DNA of 64,000 nucleotides, from positions 160,001 to 224,000 of the forward strand of contig OY970176.1 in the NCBI GenBank assembly GCA_963707955.1, written 5' to 3'. Position numbers and translations under genes: made by a program. Positions 40,410-50,244 of the stretch are shown here, one piece after another. The notes below the pieces were generated by a model that did no database searches, was not told where the DNA came from, and saw only the letters and a list, made by a program, of their open reading frames with translations. The stretch's first letter is position 1. Each line of letters starts with the position of its first letter. Source of the DNA: Candidatus Bathyarchaeota archaeon. GTDB lineage: Archaea > Thermoproteota > Bathyarchaeia > Bathyarchaeales > Bathycorpusculaceae.

Positions 40410-41727
40410 GTGCAGTTGCCAACGGTTGGACCAGCTTGGGTTTTTGCTTCGTGACCTGCTCAACTATCCGCCAAAACTCTTCTTCAGTCAGACCTTTTCT
40501 GAGTTCCTTCATCAGCTTTTTGACTTGGTAAAAAGTCATCTGCGCTTCGCCCTTGTCCAAGGACTCCTGGCTTGTTCTTATTCTTTTGACGATTTCTTGT
40601 ATCTGCATGGGCGTAGCATTGATCTCTGCCATCCTCAGTCGTTCTTCAACAACGCTCTTTCCAGTCTGTCTGCCCAAGTGGAACGTGGTTTCCCTTCCAA
40701 CTATCTCAGGCGGAAAAGGTTCGTAGATTATAGGGTTCGCAAGCATCGCCCCGAGGTTTTCGTTCATCTCGTAGGAGAAAGCGTTTTCCCCAATTATTGG
40801 CTTGTGAAATTGAATGGGCAAGGCAAAACTTTTCTCGACCAACTGTGATAGCCTGTTCAGCTTTCCCAGATCCACCTTGGTGTCAATGTCATAGAGTAGC
40901 TCTAAGGCTGTACAGACTTCTTCCAAGGGCGCACAGCCAGCTCTTTCGCCAAACCCTGCAACACAGGTGTGTACACAAGCAACGCCCTCTTCCACGGCTG
41001 CCAGGGTGTTTGCAGTTGCGAGGCCAAAATCGTTGTTGCAGTGGATGGAGAGTGGAATCTGCTTCTTGATAAGCTCTGACAGGCCGTCCCTGACGTGTGA
41101 TACTAGGTAATGCATAGACAAGGGTCTAAGGAAACCAACAGTGTCGGCGATCACTAGGCGGTCTGCACCTGCCCTTGCGGCTGCCTGAAAGATCTGCAGA
41201 ATGTCCTGCAGGGGCGTTCGCGAAGCATCCTCGAGGACAAAATCCACCTTTGCGCCGTGCTTCTTAGCGTACTCGATGCATTCAACAGTTTTCTCCAAGA
41301 CCTGCTCTTTGGTCTCCTTGAGTCTGTATTGAAGGTGTAGCCCGTTGAACGGTGTGAACAAGGAGAGTTCTCTTATCCCGCACTCAAGACACGCGTCTAT
41401 GTCGCTTTTAATGATCCGCGCCGAAGCAACAAGGGTTGCCTGCTGAAAACCTTCGTTCGCGATTCTCTTCACCGCATTCTTCTCTTCTTCAGAAAGCCCT
41501 GGAAAACCCACTGAGATAATGGACACGCCCACCTCGTCCATCATCTTGGCCAACTTTACTTTCTCAACGTAGGTCAAGAAAACCGCTAAGGCCTGAACAC
41601 CCTCTCTCAACGTCTCATCCCATATCAAGACGTCCTCAGGAAGTTTTGGCGGCAGATTCTTTCTCAGATGGTTGTAGTTTGTGATTAAGCCCTGAGCGTC
41701 AAGCTTCTTGAATATTGTCTTTCTCAT
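40402..41727 (-). CDS. Homocitrate/isopropylmalate synthase family (DRE-TIM) protein with altered motifs
   Basis: DETLREGVQ, ADTVG, HCNNDFGLA, GFGERAG. Confidence 0.82.
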   Translation of the reverse strand: MRKTIFKKLDAQGLITNYNHLRKNLPPKLPEDVLIWDETLREGVQALAVFLTYVEKVKLAKMMDEVGVSIISVGFPGLSEEEKNAVKRIANEGFQQATLVASARIIKSDIDACLECGIRELSLFTPFNGLHLQYRLKETKEQVLEKTVECIEYAKKHGAKVDFVLEDASRTPLQDILQIFQAAARAGADRLVIADTVGFLRPLSMHYLVSHVRDGLSELIKKQIPLSIHCNNDFGLATANTLAAVEEGVACVHTCVAGFGERAGCAPLEEVCTALELLYDIDTKVDLGKLNRLSQLVEKSFALPIQFHKPIIGENAFSYEMNENLGAMLANPIIYEPFPPEIVGRETTFHLGRQTGKSVVEERLRMAEINATPMQIQEIVKRIRTSQESLDKGEAQMTFYQVKKLMKELRKGLTEEEFWRIVEQVTKQKPKLVQPLATAPT

Positions 41728-41942
41728 TCGCACACAATCCAAACAAGGTTAAACTTGGACTCATCTCCTATTCTGACAGTCGCTCATATAAGATTTGACG
41801 TGGGTAACTGAGGACAAAAGCAGGCCCTTCGCTATTGCGCGCGCAGGACTTGAACCCGTTTACGGTCTAATACTATGAGAGCGCGTTCTCATTCCTAGGA
41901 ACACGGCCCACTTTAATTCGAAGGACCACAAAATTCAAGCGT

Positions 41943-42378
41943 CTAGAAGCTAGGGAAGTAGTGTGCAGGTATAATTGAACCAAACAGGAAGCCTAGAATT
42001 ATGCTCAATATCCAAAACACGATTACAGAGAGCACCGCTATCCCGAGGCCACCGAGCCAGCCTGTCCCTGAAGCTTGCCTTAAAGACCCAGACCCAGGCT
42101 ATGAAAGCAAGAATCAAAGCAAACACGTACGCGATGCCCCCTATTATCGCCCCCAGAAAGAAATCCACCACGAACAGCGTTATAGCATAGACTATGGGCC
42201 CGAACAGCGTCGCAATCATAGCCTCGCCGAAAGTGGACCTCCCGCTCGTCACCACTTTTCCTGCCAAGTACGCGGGTATCGAGACAATTATCCACAGAAT
42301 GACCAAGCCGATGATTAAGACAACCAAGCTAAGCAAATTCGTCTGACTCAAAATCGAATCCAGAATCAAAACCATCAA
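41943..42378 (-). CDS. Membrane protein, 1-nt insertion near 42067
   Basis: Removing one G gives FRTGWLGGLGIAVLSVIVFWIL..., stop at 41943. Confidence 0.7.
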
Positions 42379-42563
42379 AACTCCAACGCAACATCACTAA
42401 CGTACATTATTTTATAAACTTTCGCCGCGAACAGACACGCGCGCGCCAACACCTTTGAAAAATCGGCCAGAATCTCCTAAGTCGAGTCTCTTGATTTCTA
42501 ACACTAGGCGAAAGTTTAAAATTCGAATGGACTCTTAGCCAATACCACTCTCGGGGATGAAGT

Positions 42564-44093
42564 ATGGAACCCTTCTCATGGTGGAACGACAAGCAACGAA
42601 CCCTGATGGAGGAAGCGAAAGCCTTCGCTGATCAGAGTCTGCCAAGGGGCGAAGAGGTTTTTTGGACTAAGGAATTCCCGCATGAACTGTTGAAAGAAGT
42701 TGCTCGGAAGGGATGGTTTGGGGTTGTCATTCCACCGGTGTACGGTGGCATGGGGACGGGAGTCACAGGCGCGAGCATAGTGACTGAAGAGCTTAGCAGA
42801 GTTTGCTCAGCTCTGTCAGAAGCATATGCCGTATCCATGTTCGGCGGCGTCGAACAACTTCTAACCTTTGGAACTGACGAGCAACGAAAAAAGTGGCTTC
42901 CTAGAATAGCCAGAGGCGATGTCATAGGCGCCGTCTGCATCACCGAGCCTTTTGTCGGCTCCGATGCTGCAGGGATAGAGACAACAGCTAAGCGCGAGGG
43001 AGACGGCTACATTTTAAACGGGAAAAAACGTTTCATAACAAACGCGGGACTAGCCGATGTCTACGTTGTCTACGCGAAGACCAGCGAAAAACCCGAAGAC
43101 AAGGCAAAGTACCAACACCTCACGGCCTTTCTTGTAGAAAAGAAAACGCCAGGTTTCTCCGTTGAGAAAATCAATGAACTATCCGGATGGTTTGGCCTTC
43201 CGAACGGGTTCTTAGACTTTAACAACGTCAAGGTTCCGGCTGGAAACTGCTTAGGACCCGAAGGAGCAGGGTGGAAAGTGATGATGGCCGGCTTGAATTT
43301 TGAACGAGTCGTTTTTTCGGCTGGCATGCTTGGTCCCATGAGAGAGTCGATACGCCATGCAGTTGCTTACACGCAGAGACGGATGCAGTTCGACAAACCA
43401 ACTATAGACATTCCATCAAACCAGTCCAAGGTTGCCGAGATGCTCTCTGGACTGTACACTTCGCGGTTGCTCGTCTATCACGCCGCTTACCTTCTGGACC
43501 AGCACAAGGAGGCAATGGTGGAGGCTGCAACCGCTAAAATGTTCACTTCAGACACGTTTGAGAAGCTCATCAGCAACGCTGTTCAGGTAATGGGAGGCGA
43601 CGGCTGGACGCGCTTCTACCCTGTGGAGAGCTATCTTCGAGATGCCAAAGTGAACCAGATCGGCGCTGGAACCAACGAGATCATGAGACTCGTGATCTTC
43701 CGAGGCGGGTTGAAAGCAATGGGCAAAGACCTCAAGATGCCGCGCAGACGTATTCACGGGAAGCTTGGAGTTCCAGTATCGACGGTTGAACCCTTGCCCA
43801 GAATGGAACCAAGCGAAGACGGCGTAATGAGAGTCTTGGCTGAAGACTACATGGTGAACCCCGGACTGTACATGGCGCGAGAAGACCTGAAAGAGAGACT
43901 CACAGAGACAAGCGACGAGAAATTCGACGAAATTCTGAAAAAACTTGAAACCAAGGGACTGGCGAAACTCTACCGTGACCAACGAAAGACGATTGCACTC
44001 GCAAAAGCGACCTACGACGGGTTGCGTGCCGCTGGGCCCTTAGAAAAGTACAAGTGGTTCCCAGACTGGCTTAGCAAAGAGCTAATCTTCTAA
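42564..44093 (+). CDS. Acyl-CoA dehydrogenase with C-terminal winged-helix-like extension
   Basis: ITEPFVGSD, LNGKKRFITN, QVMGGDG, IGAGTNEI; about 125 extra residues. Confidence 0.9.
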   Translation: MEPFSWWNDKQRTLMEEAKAFADQSLPRGEEVFWTKEFPHELLKEVARKGWFGVVIPPVYGGMGTGVTGASIVTEELSRVCSALSEAYAVSMFGGVEQLLTFGTDEQRKKWLPRIARGDVIGAVCITEPFVGSDAAGIETTAKREGDGYILNGKKRFITNAGLADVYVVYAKTSEKPEDKAKYQHLTAFLVEKKTPGFSVEKINELSGWFGLPNGFLDFNNVKVPAGNCLGPEGAGWKVMMAGLNFERVVFSAGMLGPMRESIRHAVAYTQRRMQFDKPTIDIPSNQSKVAEMLSGLYTSRLLVYHAAYLLDQHKEAMVEAATAKMFTSDTFEKLISNAVQVMGGDGWTRFYPVESYLRDAKVNQIGAGTNEIMRLVIFRGGLKAMGKDLKMPRRRIHGKLGVPVSTVEPLPRMEPSEDGVMRVLAEDYMVNPGLYMAREDLKERLTETSDEKFDEILKKLETKGLAKLYRDQRKTIALAKATYDGLRAAGPLEKYKWFPDWLSKELIF

Positions 44094-44206
44094 ACTATGC
44101 CGCCAAAATCGAAAACGCATCACCCTTCGACGCGAAGTAGAATGTTTTCAGGTTTCCAGCCTTTTTGCTAGGGCGGACTTATCGAGAGTGCCGAAAACCA
44201 GAGAAA

Positions 44207-44881
44207 TCACTTTCCAGCTTTTCCGTAAACGCGCGCGCTTGCGGTTTTTGACCTAAGGAGTTCAAGGGCAGCAGACTTTGCCCCGAGTTCCGCTCTTATC
44301 TTGTCATCTCCGCTTCCGATTATTATAACGTCGCCCTCGTTCAAACCCAGTTTTGAGAACGAAGTCAGAATATGCGGATCGCTTTTTGACAAGTCTTCGT
44401 CCGTGCCCGGCATAGCTAATCTGTTCTTGGTGAAGATTAGAGTAGTGGCTCCCTTGGCTCCGGCTACCATGGCAGCGTCTCTCTCCTCAACACCGTATTT
44501 TACGGAGTCTTTCATTCCTCTCACTCGAACTGCAACGTTGAAAGGGCCAACCGTTAAAGGCGTTGAGGGAATCTCTATTTGTTCGCTCACAAGAGTCCTC
44601 AAACGGGAAAGGAGTTTTCTTCCATCCGCAGACAACGAGATCCCTGATTTTGAAACATCAATCAACCCTTCATTCTTGAGATGCTTAACGAGAGTTCTGG
44701 TCTCACCTTCCCCCAAGTGGAGATCTTTTGAAAGCTTCAATCTGCCGACGCTCTTTTCTAGGCTGATCTCTTCCAAAGCCTTCAAAACGTGGGCCTCAGC
44801 AAACGAAGGAAAACGTCCAGGTGCGATTTTCGAGGAAACTCTGCTGACTATTTCAAGTATTTCCAATCGTGTTCTCCTCAC
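44207..44881 (-). CDS. wHTH regulator-like protein (DUF4443-like)
   Basis: GRLKLSKDLHLGEGETRTL; ERDAA...GAKGATT. Confidence 0.78.
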   Translation of the reverse strand: MRRTRLEILEIVSRVSSKIAPGRFPSFAEAHVLKALEEISLEKSVGRLKLSKDLHLGEGETRTLVKHLKNEGLIDVSKSGISLSADGRKLLSRLRTLVSEQIEIPSTPLTVGPFNVAVRVRGMKDSVKYGVEERDAAMVAGAKGATTLIFTKNRLAMPGTDEDLSKSDPHILTSFSKLGLNEGDVIIIGSGDDKIRAELGAKSAALELLRSKTASARVYGKAGK

Positions 44882-44955
44882 GTTCAGGCTGTTATATGTT
44901 GGATATAGGAATTCTTAAGTATAAGCTGGATGGATAATCTAACCAAGACGGAAAC

Positions 44956-45504
44956 ATGAACACCGTCAAGATAGCCATCATTGCGGTATTCTGCGCGATA
45001 TCAATAGGGACGGACTATGCTATGTTCAGTCTGTGGAACATCAAACTTATGGACTTTATCGTCTTCGTCGGCGGTTTCTGCTTTGGACCAGTCGTAGGCG
45101 TTTTAATTGGAGTGATTTCTTGGACAGTTTATGGTACCCTAAACCCGCAGGGATTCGTGCTGCCAGTCTTGCTCGCAACGATGTTTTCGGAAACGATATA
45201 TGGGATTGCAGGTGGCTTATTGCGGAAAGGGTTAACCGGTCTCAAAGGCGAAACGTGGAAAGCAAGCGTGTTCTTTGCTTCTGTGGGTGCACTGCTGACT
45301 CTGATCTATGACGTTATCACCAACGTTGTGTTTGGATTAACCGCTGGCTGGAACGTTGTTTTTGCAGTTGTTGTCGGTTTCATTCCCTTTGGACTCCTGC
45401 ATGAAATTAGCAACTTGGTGTTCTTCGGAGTCGGCTCAGTTCCCGTAATCTCTGCGATTAACAAGGTCGTAGGAGGTGAGAGAAACGTCGGTCCTAAAGA
45501 ATAA
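44956..45504 (+). CDS. ECF transporter S component-like membrane protein
   Basis: Five to six TM helices, FGPVVG, HEISN. Confidence 0.75.
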   Translation: MNTVKIAIIAVFCAISIGTDYAMFSLWNIKLMDFIVFVGGFCFGPVVGVLIGVISWTVYGTLNPQGFVLPVLLATMFSETIYGIAGGLLRKGLTGLKGETWKASVFFASVGALLTLIYDVITNVVFGLTAGWNVVFAVVVGFIPFGLLHEISNLVFFGVGSVPVISAINKVVGGERNVGPKE

Positions 45505-45937
45505 GTGGCAAATAGCCACTGTAGCTGTTCTATGCTGGGCATTGTCAACATCACTATTAGCAGGCTATTACTGGCTTCAGTACACTGATTTTATAAACAG
45601 AGTTGGCGGTGTGCCAATCTCCCTCAACATAGGCATAAATTACGGAAACTCCACAGTCTGGAGCAACAACACGAAAGAATTGACCGGGATGACCCTCTTC
45701 AAAGTCACAGAAGACATAACCAACGTTACGTATGACACGATGGCTGGATATGGCATTTACATAAAATCAATAAACAATGTGGCTGCTGCTGGCGTTTATG
45801 GATGGGTGTGGTGGTTATGGGGGAATAGCACAGGGTGGACGATGGGCCTCATTAGTTCAGGCGCGTATGCTGTCTCGCAAGGCGAGACATTCATGTGGTA
45901 CTATGAAAGTGGTTGGCCGCCAGCATCGCCTCCATAA
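45476..45937 (+). CDS. DUF4430-like membrane-anchored protein
   Basis: GIYIKSINNV...GWVWW...GAYAVSQGETFMWYY. Confidence 0.72.
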   Translation: MRETSVLKNKWQIATVAVLCWALSTSLLAGYYWLQYTDFINRVGGVPISLNIGINYGNSTVWSNNTKELTGMTLFKVTEDITNVTYDTMAGYGIYIKSINNVAAAGVYGWVWWLWGNSTGWTMGLISSGAYAVSQGETFMWYYESGWPPASPP

Positions 45938-46090
45938 ACGATTGAAGAAGGCAATTTGAAAAATATATTGGTGTCCATGCTATGCGCAAACCGCACCCCT
46001 TGCTCCGGGGACATAAACTTCGGTTGCTCACAGAAAACCCACGTTGGCAAAACAGAAAAAGGGGTGTGCGCAGGATATCGCAGGGTGTGT

Positions 46091-46396
46091 CGGTATCTGG
46101 TAGACGACTTGATCATTCAGTTCTGTCAGAGATTGCGGAAACAAGACTTCATTTTGAAGGGTGAAACCTATTCTACTTGCCGGAAGGGTAAGCGTGAATG
46201 CTTGAATGATTCTTTGACTTGTGTTCTAGTCAGAAGTCTTGATCAGCTGTCTCGGAGTAAGGTTTCTCTTCCTTGAATTAGAGCCGGTGAACAGCAAGAA
46301 ATGGAGACTCTGATCGATGAAGAGGCTTTGCTGTTTGCTCAGTAATTGAGGAACGAAAGGAACACGTGGGTTCCTAGAATAGTGCGCCTAACCTGA
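46091..46396 (+). pseudogene. cas1: Decayed C-terminal fragment resembling archaeal stand-alone Cas1
   Basis: RYLVDDLIIQFCQRL...KGKRECLND...LP*IRAGEQQEMETLIDEEALLFAQ*LRNERNTWVPRI; in-frame stops at 46274 and 46343. Family recognised from memory, not by search. Confidence 0.62.
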
Positions 46397-46404
46397 AAGA
46401 AAAT

Positions 46405-46423
46405 AGTGTAGATATCTCCCGAA
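46405..46423 (+). repeat. 19-bp repeat, copy A: AGTGTAGATATCTCCCGAA
   Basis: 18/19 identical to 53006-53024. Confidence 0.75.
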
Positions 46424-46636
46424 GTCCGTCTTCACATGACCGTTTTCTTCTAATAGAAAATGGGGGCAAACTGGCTTAAGAATCATGCTTCTAAACTGTT
46501 CAACGTGAAAGCGGTGAAATCAAAGAGTCAAACTGGTTTTTAAGTGTTGACAGAAGTATCTTCTACCGATTCTTATTCTGCTCGGATACTAACCAATAAC
46601 AGAGATCGATTGCAGGGCACTCTAACACCCGACTTT

Positions 46637-47386
46637 TTATTTCCATTTTGTCAGTATCTCTTCCCTGCGGAAAGTGGCTCTGCTAATGAAGAACAAAACC
46701 ACGTCGACTAGAAATAGGACTGCCGAGATGACTAGAAGGGTGAGAGCGTCGAGCGAGATGGATCCGATTTCCCCCAAGATGTATAGGCCCATGAACGGTA
46801 GCACAATCAGCCCTCCAAACTGCTGTGCTGCCCTGACGTCGGTGACCCTGGCCGAGAAGATGACATTCAGCTCAACACTGAGCAAGCATGCAAGGGGCGT
46901 GGCAAGAAGCAGAAAGACTGCCATCGTCCAGTTAGGATAGAAAAGATAGCCCAGCTGCTGGCGCGAAATTGTATCAATGAAGACCATGAAAACTGTAGCA
47001 CCCAAGAAGGTTGATGCAATCGTAGGCAGGAACGCGGCGAGGGACTTTCCCAGTAAGATCTCGCCGTCAGTCGTTGGCGTAGCCAGAAGGGGTTCCAGAC
47101 TCTTCTCCACCTTCTCGCCGACAATGCTATATGCAGCCATGCCAGTGGCCAGTGAGACCGTGCCTATCATGAAGAAAAAGAAGAACGCATTTACCAGAGG
47201 GGTCAGCTGTGCGTAGGAAACGCTTGTTGGATGCTCTTTCACGACCCACCAAATGATAGCTGGTAGGCCGAGTGAAATGCCAAGCGGAAAAGCGACCAGC
47301 GAGTAGAGGATGCTCTTCTTCTTCCTGAAAATGCTAAGGTCTTTCTTTGCAACCGTCCATACGTTCTCTAAGTCCATCTTTTTCAA
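46637..47386 (-). CDS. ABC-2 permease
   Basis: SIVGEKVEKSLEPLLATP...ILLGK. Confidence 0.9.
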   Translation of the reverse strand: MKKMDLENVWTVAKKDLSIFRKKKSILYSLVAFPLGISLGLPAIIWWVVKEHPTSVSYAQLTPLVNAFFFFFMIGTVSLATGMAAYSIVGEKVEKSLEPLLATPTTDGEILLGKSLAAFLPTIASTFLGATVFMVFIDTISRQQLGYLFYPNWTMAVFLLLATPLACLLSVELNVIFSARVTDVRAAQQFGGLIVLPFMGLYILGEIGSISLDALTLLVISAVLFLVDVVLFFISRATFRREEILTKWK

Positions 47387-48306
47387 CTCCTGACCAATTT
47401 CAAATACACATCCTCTAAAGTTGGGCTGGCCTCAGTAACGAACTGGACACGACCACCCACACCGTAAATAGCGTCCACAATGTCGGGATTCTCCTTTTCA
47501 GGATTGCTCACATTGATGACAAGTTTGTTATCCACTATCTCCATATTTCTCAGTCCAAGTTTCTTCACAGCCGCCACAATTACATCGTTAACACGTTCAA
47601 GCTGAATCACAGTTTTCCTTCCCCACAATGATTCCCTCAGCTCTTCGGGACTGCCCACCGCCAGCAGCTTGGTTTTCAATATTCCTACTCTATCGCAGAT
47701 TTTCTCCGCTTCGTCTAGAAGATGAGTGTTGAGAAAAATAGTTCTTTTTTCTTTTTTAAGCTCAAGAATAAAATCTCTCACCATTTTTGAAGCTTCTGGG
47801 TCTAAGTTTGCCGTCGGCTCGTCCAAGAACAGGACCTTAGGGTCATGAATAAGGGCACGGGCTATTGCAAGTTTTTGCTTCATCCCTTTGGAAAAGGTCC
47901 CTGCCGAGACGTTCCTCTTGTCCCAAAGCCCAAGCATCCTGAGGAAATGCTCGATTCTTTCTCTCCTCTGCTCTTCGGTAAGCTTGTATAGTCGCCCATA
48001 AAAATCGAGATTCTTATAAGCACTCAGCTCCTCATATAGACCGACGTTTTCAGGCAGCAACCCTATAATTCTTCTGACCTTCTGTGAATCAGCACGGTTT
48101 CCGATTTCATAATCACCAATCCTAGCTTTTCCACTGGTTTTGGATATCAGGCAACAAAGCATTCTGATTGTAGTGGTTTTTCCCGCACCGTTTGGTCCAA
48201 GAAAACCGAAAACCTCACCCTCATCAACATGCAAAGTCAAGTCTTCCACCGCAATGAGACTGCCAAATCTCCTAGTCAGATTTTCAGCATCAATCACTAT
48301 GGTCAC
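47383..48306 (-). CDS. ABC transporter ATP-binding protein
   Basis: GPNGAGKTT, FSKGMKQK, LDEPT. Confidence 0.92.
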   Translation of the reverse strand: MTIVIDAENLTRRFGSLIAVEDLTLHVDEGEVFGFLGPNGAGKTTTIRMLCCLISKTSGKARIGDYEIGNRADSQKVRRIIGLLPENVGLYEELSAYKNLDFYGRLYKLTEEQRRERIEHFLRMLGLWDKRNVSAGTFSKGMKQKLAIARALIHDPKVLFLDEPTANLDPEASKMVRDFILELKKEKRTIFLNTHLLDEAEKICDRVGILKTKLLAVGSPEELRESLWGRKTVIQLERVNDVIVAAVKKLGLRNMEIVDNKLVINVSNPEKENPDIVDAIYGVGGRVQFVTEASPTLEDVYLKLVRS

Positions 48307-48416
48307 CAAAATGATTAGGCTGTTGCAATGTAGTCTCAACGAATCTTAAGTGGTTATTGAGCGTTATTTTGTTTTTCGCCATTGGACAAGACCTACCGAA
48401 AAAACTACGATTTCTG

Positions 48417-48441
48417 GTTCAGCTATAACTTTTCTGCAAAG
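48417..48441. repeat. 25-bp site, copy 1: GTTCAGCTATAACTTTTCTGCAAAG
   Basis: 20/25 identical to the copy at 50066. Confidence 0.7.
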
Positions 48442-48509
48442 CCTAGGTCTGTGGGTTTGTACTTAGATTTATATGTAAACCCCCTAACAGCAATAATGAG
48501 GAGTTAAAC

Positions 48510-49055
48510 TTGAAGATACTGGGGATATGTGGTAGTCCGAGGAAGGGGAATACTGAATGGTTGATGAGAGAGTTGATGCGGGCAACCGAGAAACGTGGTG
48601 GCAAAACCGAGTTGTTTACGCTCAGAGATAGGAACATCAAGATGTGTGACGGCTGTTTAGTATGCGAAAAGACAAACACATGCCACATAAAAGATGATAT
48701 GAAGGGAATCTACGACAAGATACTGTCTGCTGACGCTGTTGTGCTTGGCTCTCCAACCTACATGGACGCTCCTACGGCGTTAGCCATGAACTTTATCCAT
48801 CGTATGTATCCTCTCTATGGCAAAATCAAAGGAAAACGATTTGCGAGTATAGTAGTGGGGCAAGTCGGTGGACAAGAAGGTATAACCTCCAGAGGAAAAG
48901 TCGAAGACTACTTTAAAGCGATTGCTGGGTTGTTCGAATTAGACCACGTAGGGTCACTAAGTGTAGCCGCTCGAGACCCTAATGACGCCTCAAAAATCAC
49001 CGACATTGCAGAACAATTCGAAAACCTTGCTACAAAAATCTTGAATCACTCATGA
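48510..49055 (+). CDS. Flavodoxin-fold iron-sulfur flavoprotein / FMN reductase
   Basis: GSPRKGNT, CDGCLVC...C, GSPTY. Confidence 0.88.
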   Translation: MKILGICGSPRKGNTEWLMRELMRATEKRGGKTELFTLRDRNIKMCDGCLVCEKTNTCHIKDDMKGIYDKILSADAVVLGSPTYMDAPTALAMNFIHRMYPLYGKIKGKRFASIVVGQVGGQEGITSRGKVEDYFKAIAGLFELDHVGSLSVAARDPNDASKITDIAEQFENLATKILNHS

Positions 49056-49075
49056 CCAATTGCTAGTCTTTGGCT

Positions 49076-49099
49076 GTTCAACTATAACTATCCGTAAAA
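49076..49099. repeat. 25-bp site, copy 2: GTTCAACTATAACTATCCGTAAAA
   Basis: Aligns with copies 1 and 3 with one gap. Confidence 0.65.
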
Positions 49100-49161
49100 T
49101 CAAGAACTGGCTTAGAAGGACAGATAGAGGATGCTTCTATCGTTTTTTCGATATTTCTAAA

Positions 49162-49486
49162 CTAGCCAACCGTATTCCATATTGACTCCGTAAATGTTGT
49201 GTAGTCTATCAGCTTGTGGAATTCCGTGTGAATCTCCATCATCGCTTTGTATTTCATCATTTTTTGCATTAACCTTATCCAGCTCTTCTAGGCTCCTGCA
49301 TTCCCACATTTCAACATATGAACCAGCTACTCCACCGTATTCTCGCTGGAAGAGCCGCCAAGATTTCAGTCCTTCAAAAGCTTTCGGGTTCTCCTTTTTG
49401 AATTTGAGGAATCTTTTGATCAGTATCTGAAATTCTGTTCGCTCTTCGTATTTGACCACGTATGTCAAGACAAAGACGATATTCAT
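49162..49486 (-). CDS. NIPSNAP/dimeric alpha-beta barrel-like protein, extra A near 49262
   Basis: GSYVEMWECRSLEEL; corrected frame NAKMMKYKAMMEIHTEFHKLID...SIW. Confidence 0.6.
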
Positions 49487-49490
49487 GTTT

Positions 49491-50036
49491 CTATTCGCCT
49501 TCAACGATTTTTGTCAGTATTTTTGGTTCTTTCCATTCTTCCCTGAGAATACTATAGAGATAGGCATCTCTCAGTTCTCCTCTCATGAAGAAGTTCTTAC
49601 GAAGTGTACCTTCCTTCTTGAAGCCAACTTTTTCTAAGACCCTCTGAGAGGCTATATTTCTCGGGTCAGTATGGGCTTGAATACGTGCTATGTCTTTAGA
49701 AAGAAACAAGTAATCTACCATAATCTTGACAGCTTCAGAGCAGTAGCCCTTCCCTCTCTCACTCGGCACCAAACTATAGCCTATTTCCAGTTGCTTACCT
49801 GCAATGTGTAGGACGTAAAAATGGGCTATGAAACCAGTTTTGCTTCCGTTTTTTTTCTCAATGATAAATGGCTCCAGTTCAAGAGGGTTCTCAAGCATCT
49901 TTTCTGCATCTGTTCTGGACATCTGATGCAGGGGATTATATTCACCAAAGACGTCAGGCTTGTTTACCCATTCTGCAAAAAGTGGCAAATCCTCTTTCTC
50001 CATAACCCTCAGATTCACTAGCATACCTTCAAGCAC
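49491..50036 (-). CDS. RimJ/RimL-type GNAT acetyltransferase
   Basis: EIGY...ERGKGY, NIASQRVLEKVGFKKEG. Confidence 0.9.
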   Translation of the reverse strand: MLEGMLVNLRVMEKEDLPLFAEWVNKPDVFGEYNPLHQMSRTDAEKMLENPLELEPFIIEKKNGSKTGFIAHFYVLHIAGKQLEIGYSLVPSERGKGYCSEAVKIMVDYLFLSKDIARIQAHTDPRNIASQRVLEKVGFKKEGTLRKNFFMRGELRDAYLYSILREEWKEPKILTKIVEGE

Positions 50037-50065
50037 TTTGAACACCAATCCACCTGATTGGGTTG

Positions 50066-50090
50066 TTTCGGCTATGACTTTTCCGCAAAA
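50066..50090. repeat. 25-bp site, copy 3: TTTCGGCTATGACTTTTCCGCAAAA
   Basis: 20/25 identical to copy 1. Confidence 0.7.
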
Positions 50091-50244
50091 TCCCTTTTTT
50101 CTTTTTTGCAAAGATAAATTGAGCCAAACAACTGCGCCACAGACATTCCGTGAAGTCTCCTAAAAATGCGCGTGCTCTTATTTTTGAGAACGATAGATTG
50201 AAATCGCACCTTTAATCATTTAGAATTGTTGGACGTGGTGTAAG

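Noticed and set aside
41837-41858. tRNA T-arm-like CGGGTTCAAGTCCTG on the minus strand
   Set aside because: Imperfect T stem, no CCA and no other arms; counted only as a (GC)n tract.
45956-46276. 106-aa ORF as an intact gene
   Set aside because: Better explained as part of the Cas1-like pseudogene, whose frame continues past the stop.
48417-50090. 25-bp site as a canonical dif or integron attC site
   Set aside because: Lacks the 11-6-11 TAA...TTA dif layout and the RYYYAAC/GTTRRRY attC boxes; no XerA or IntI gene nearby.
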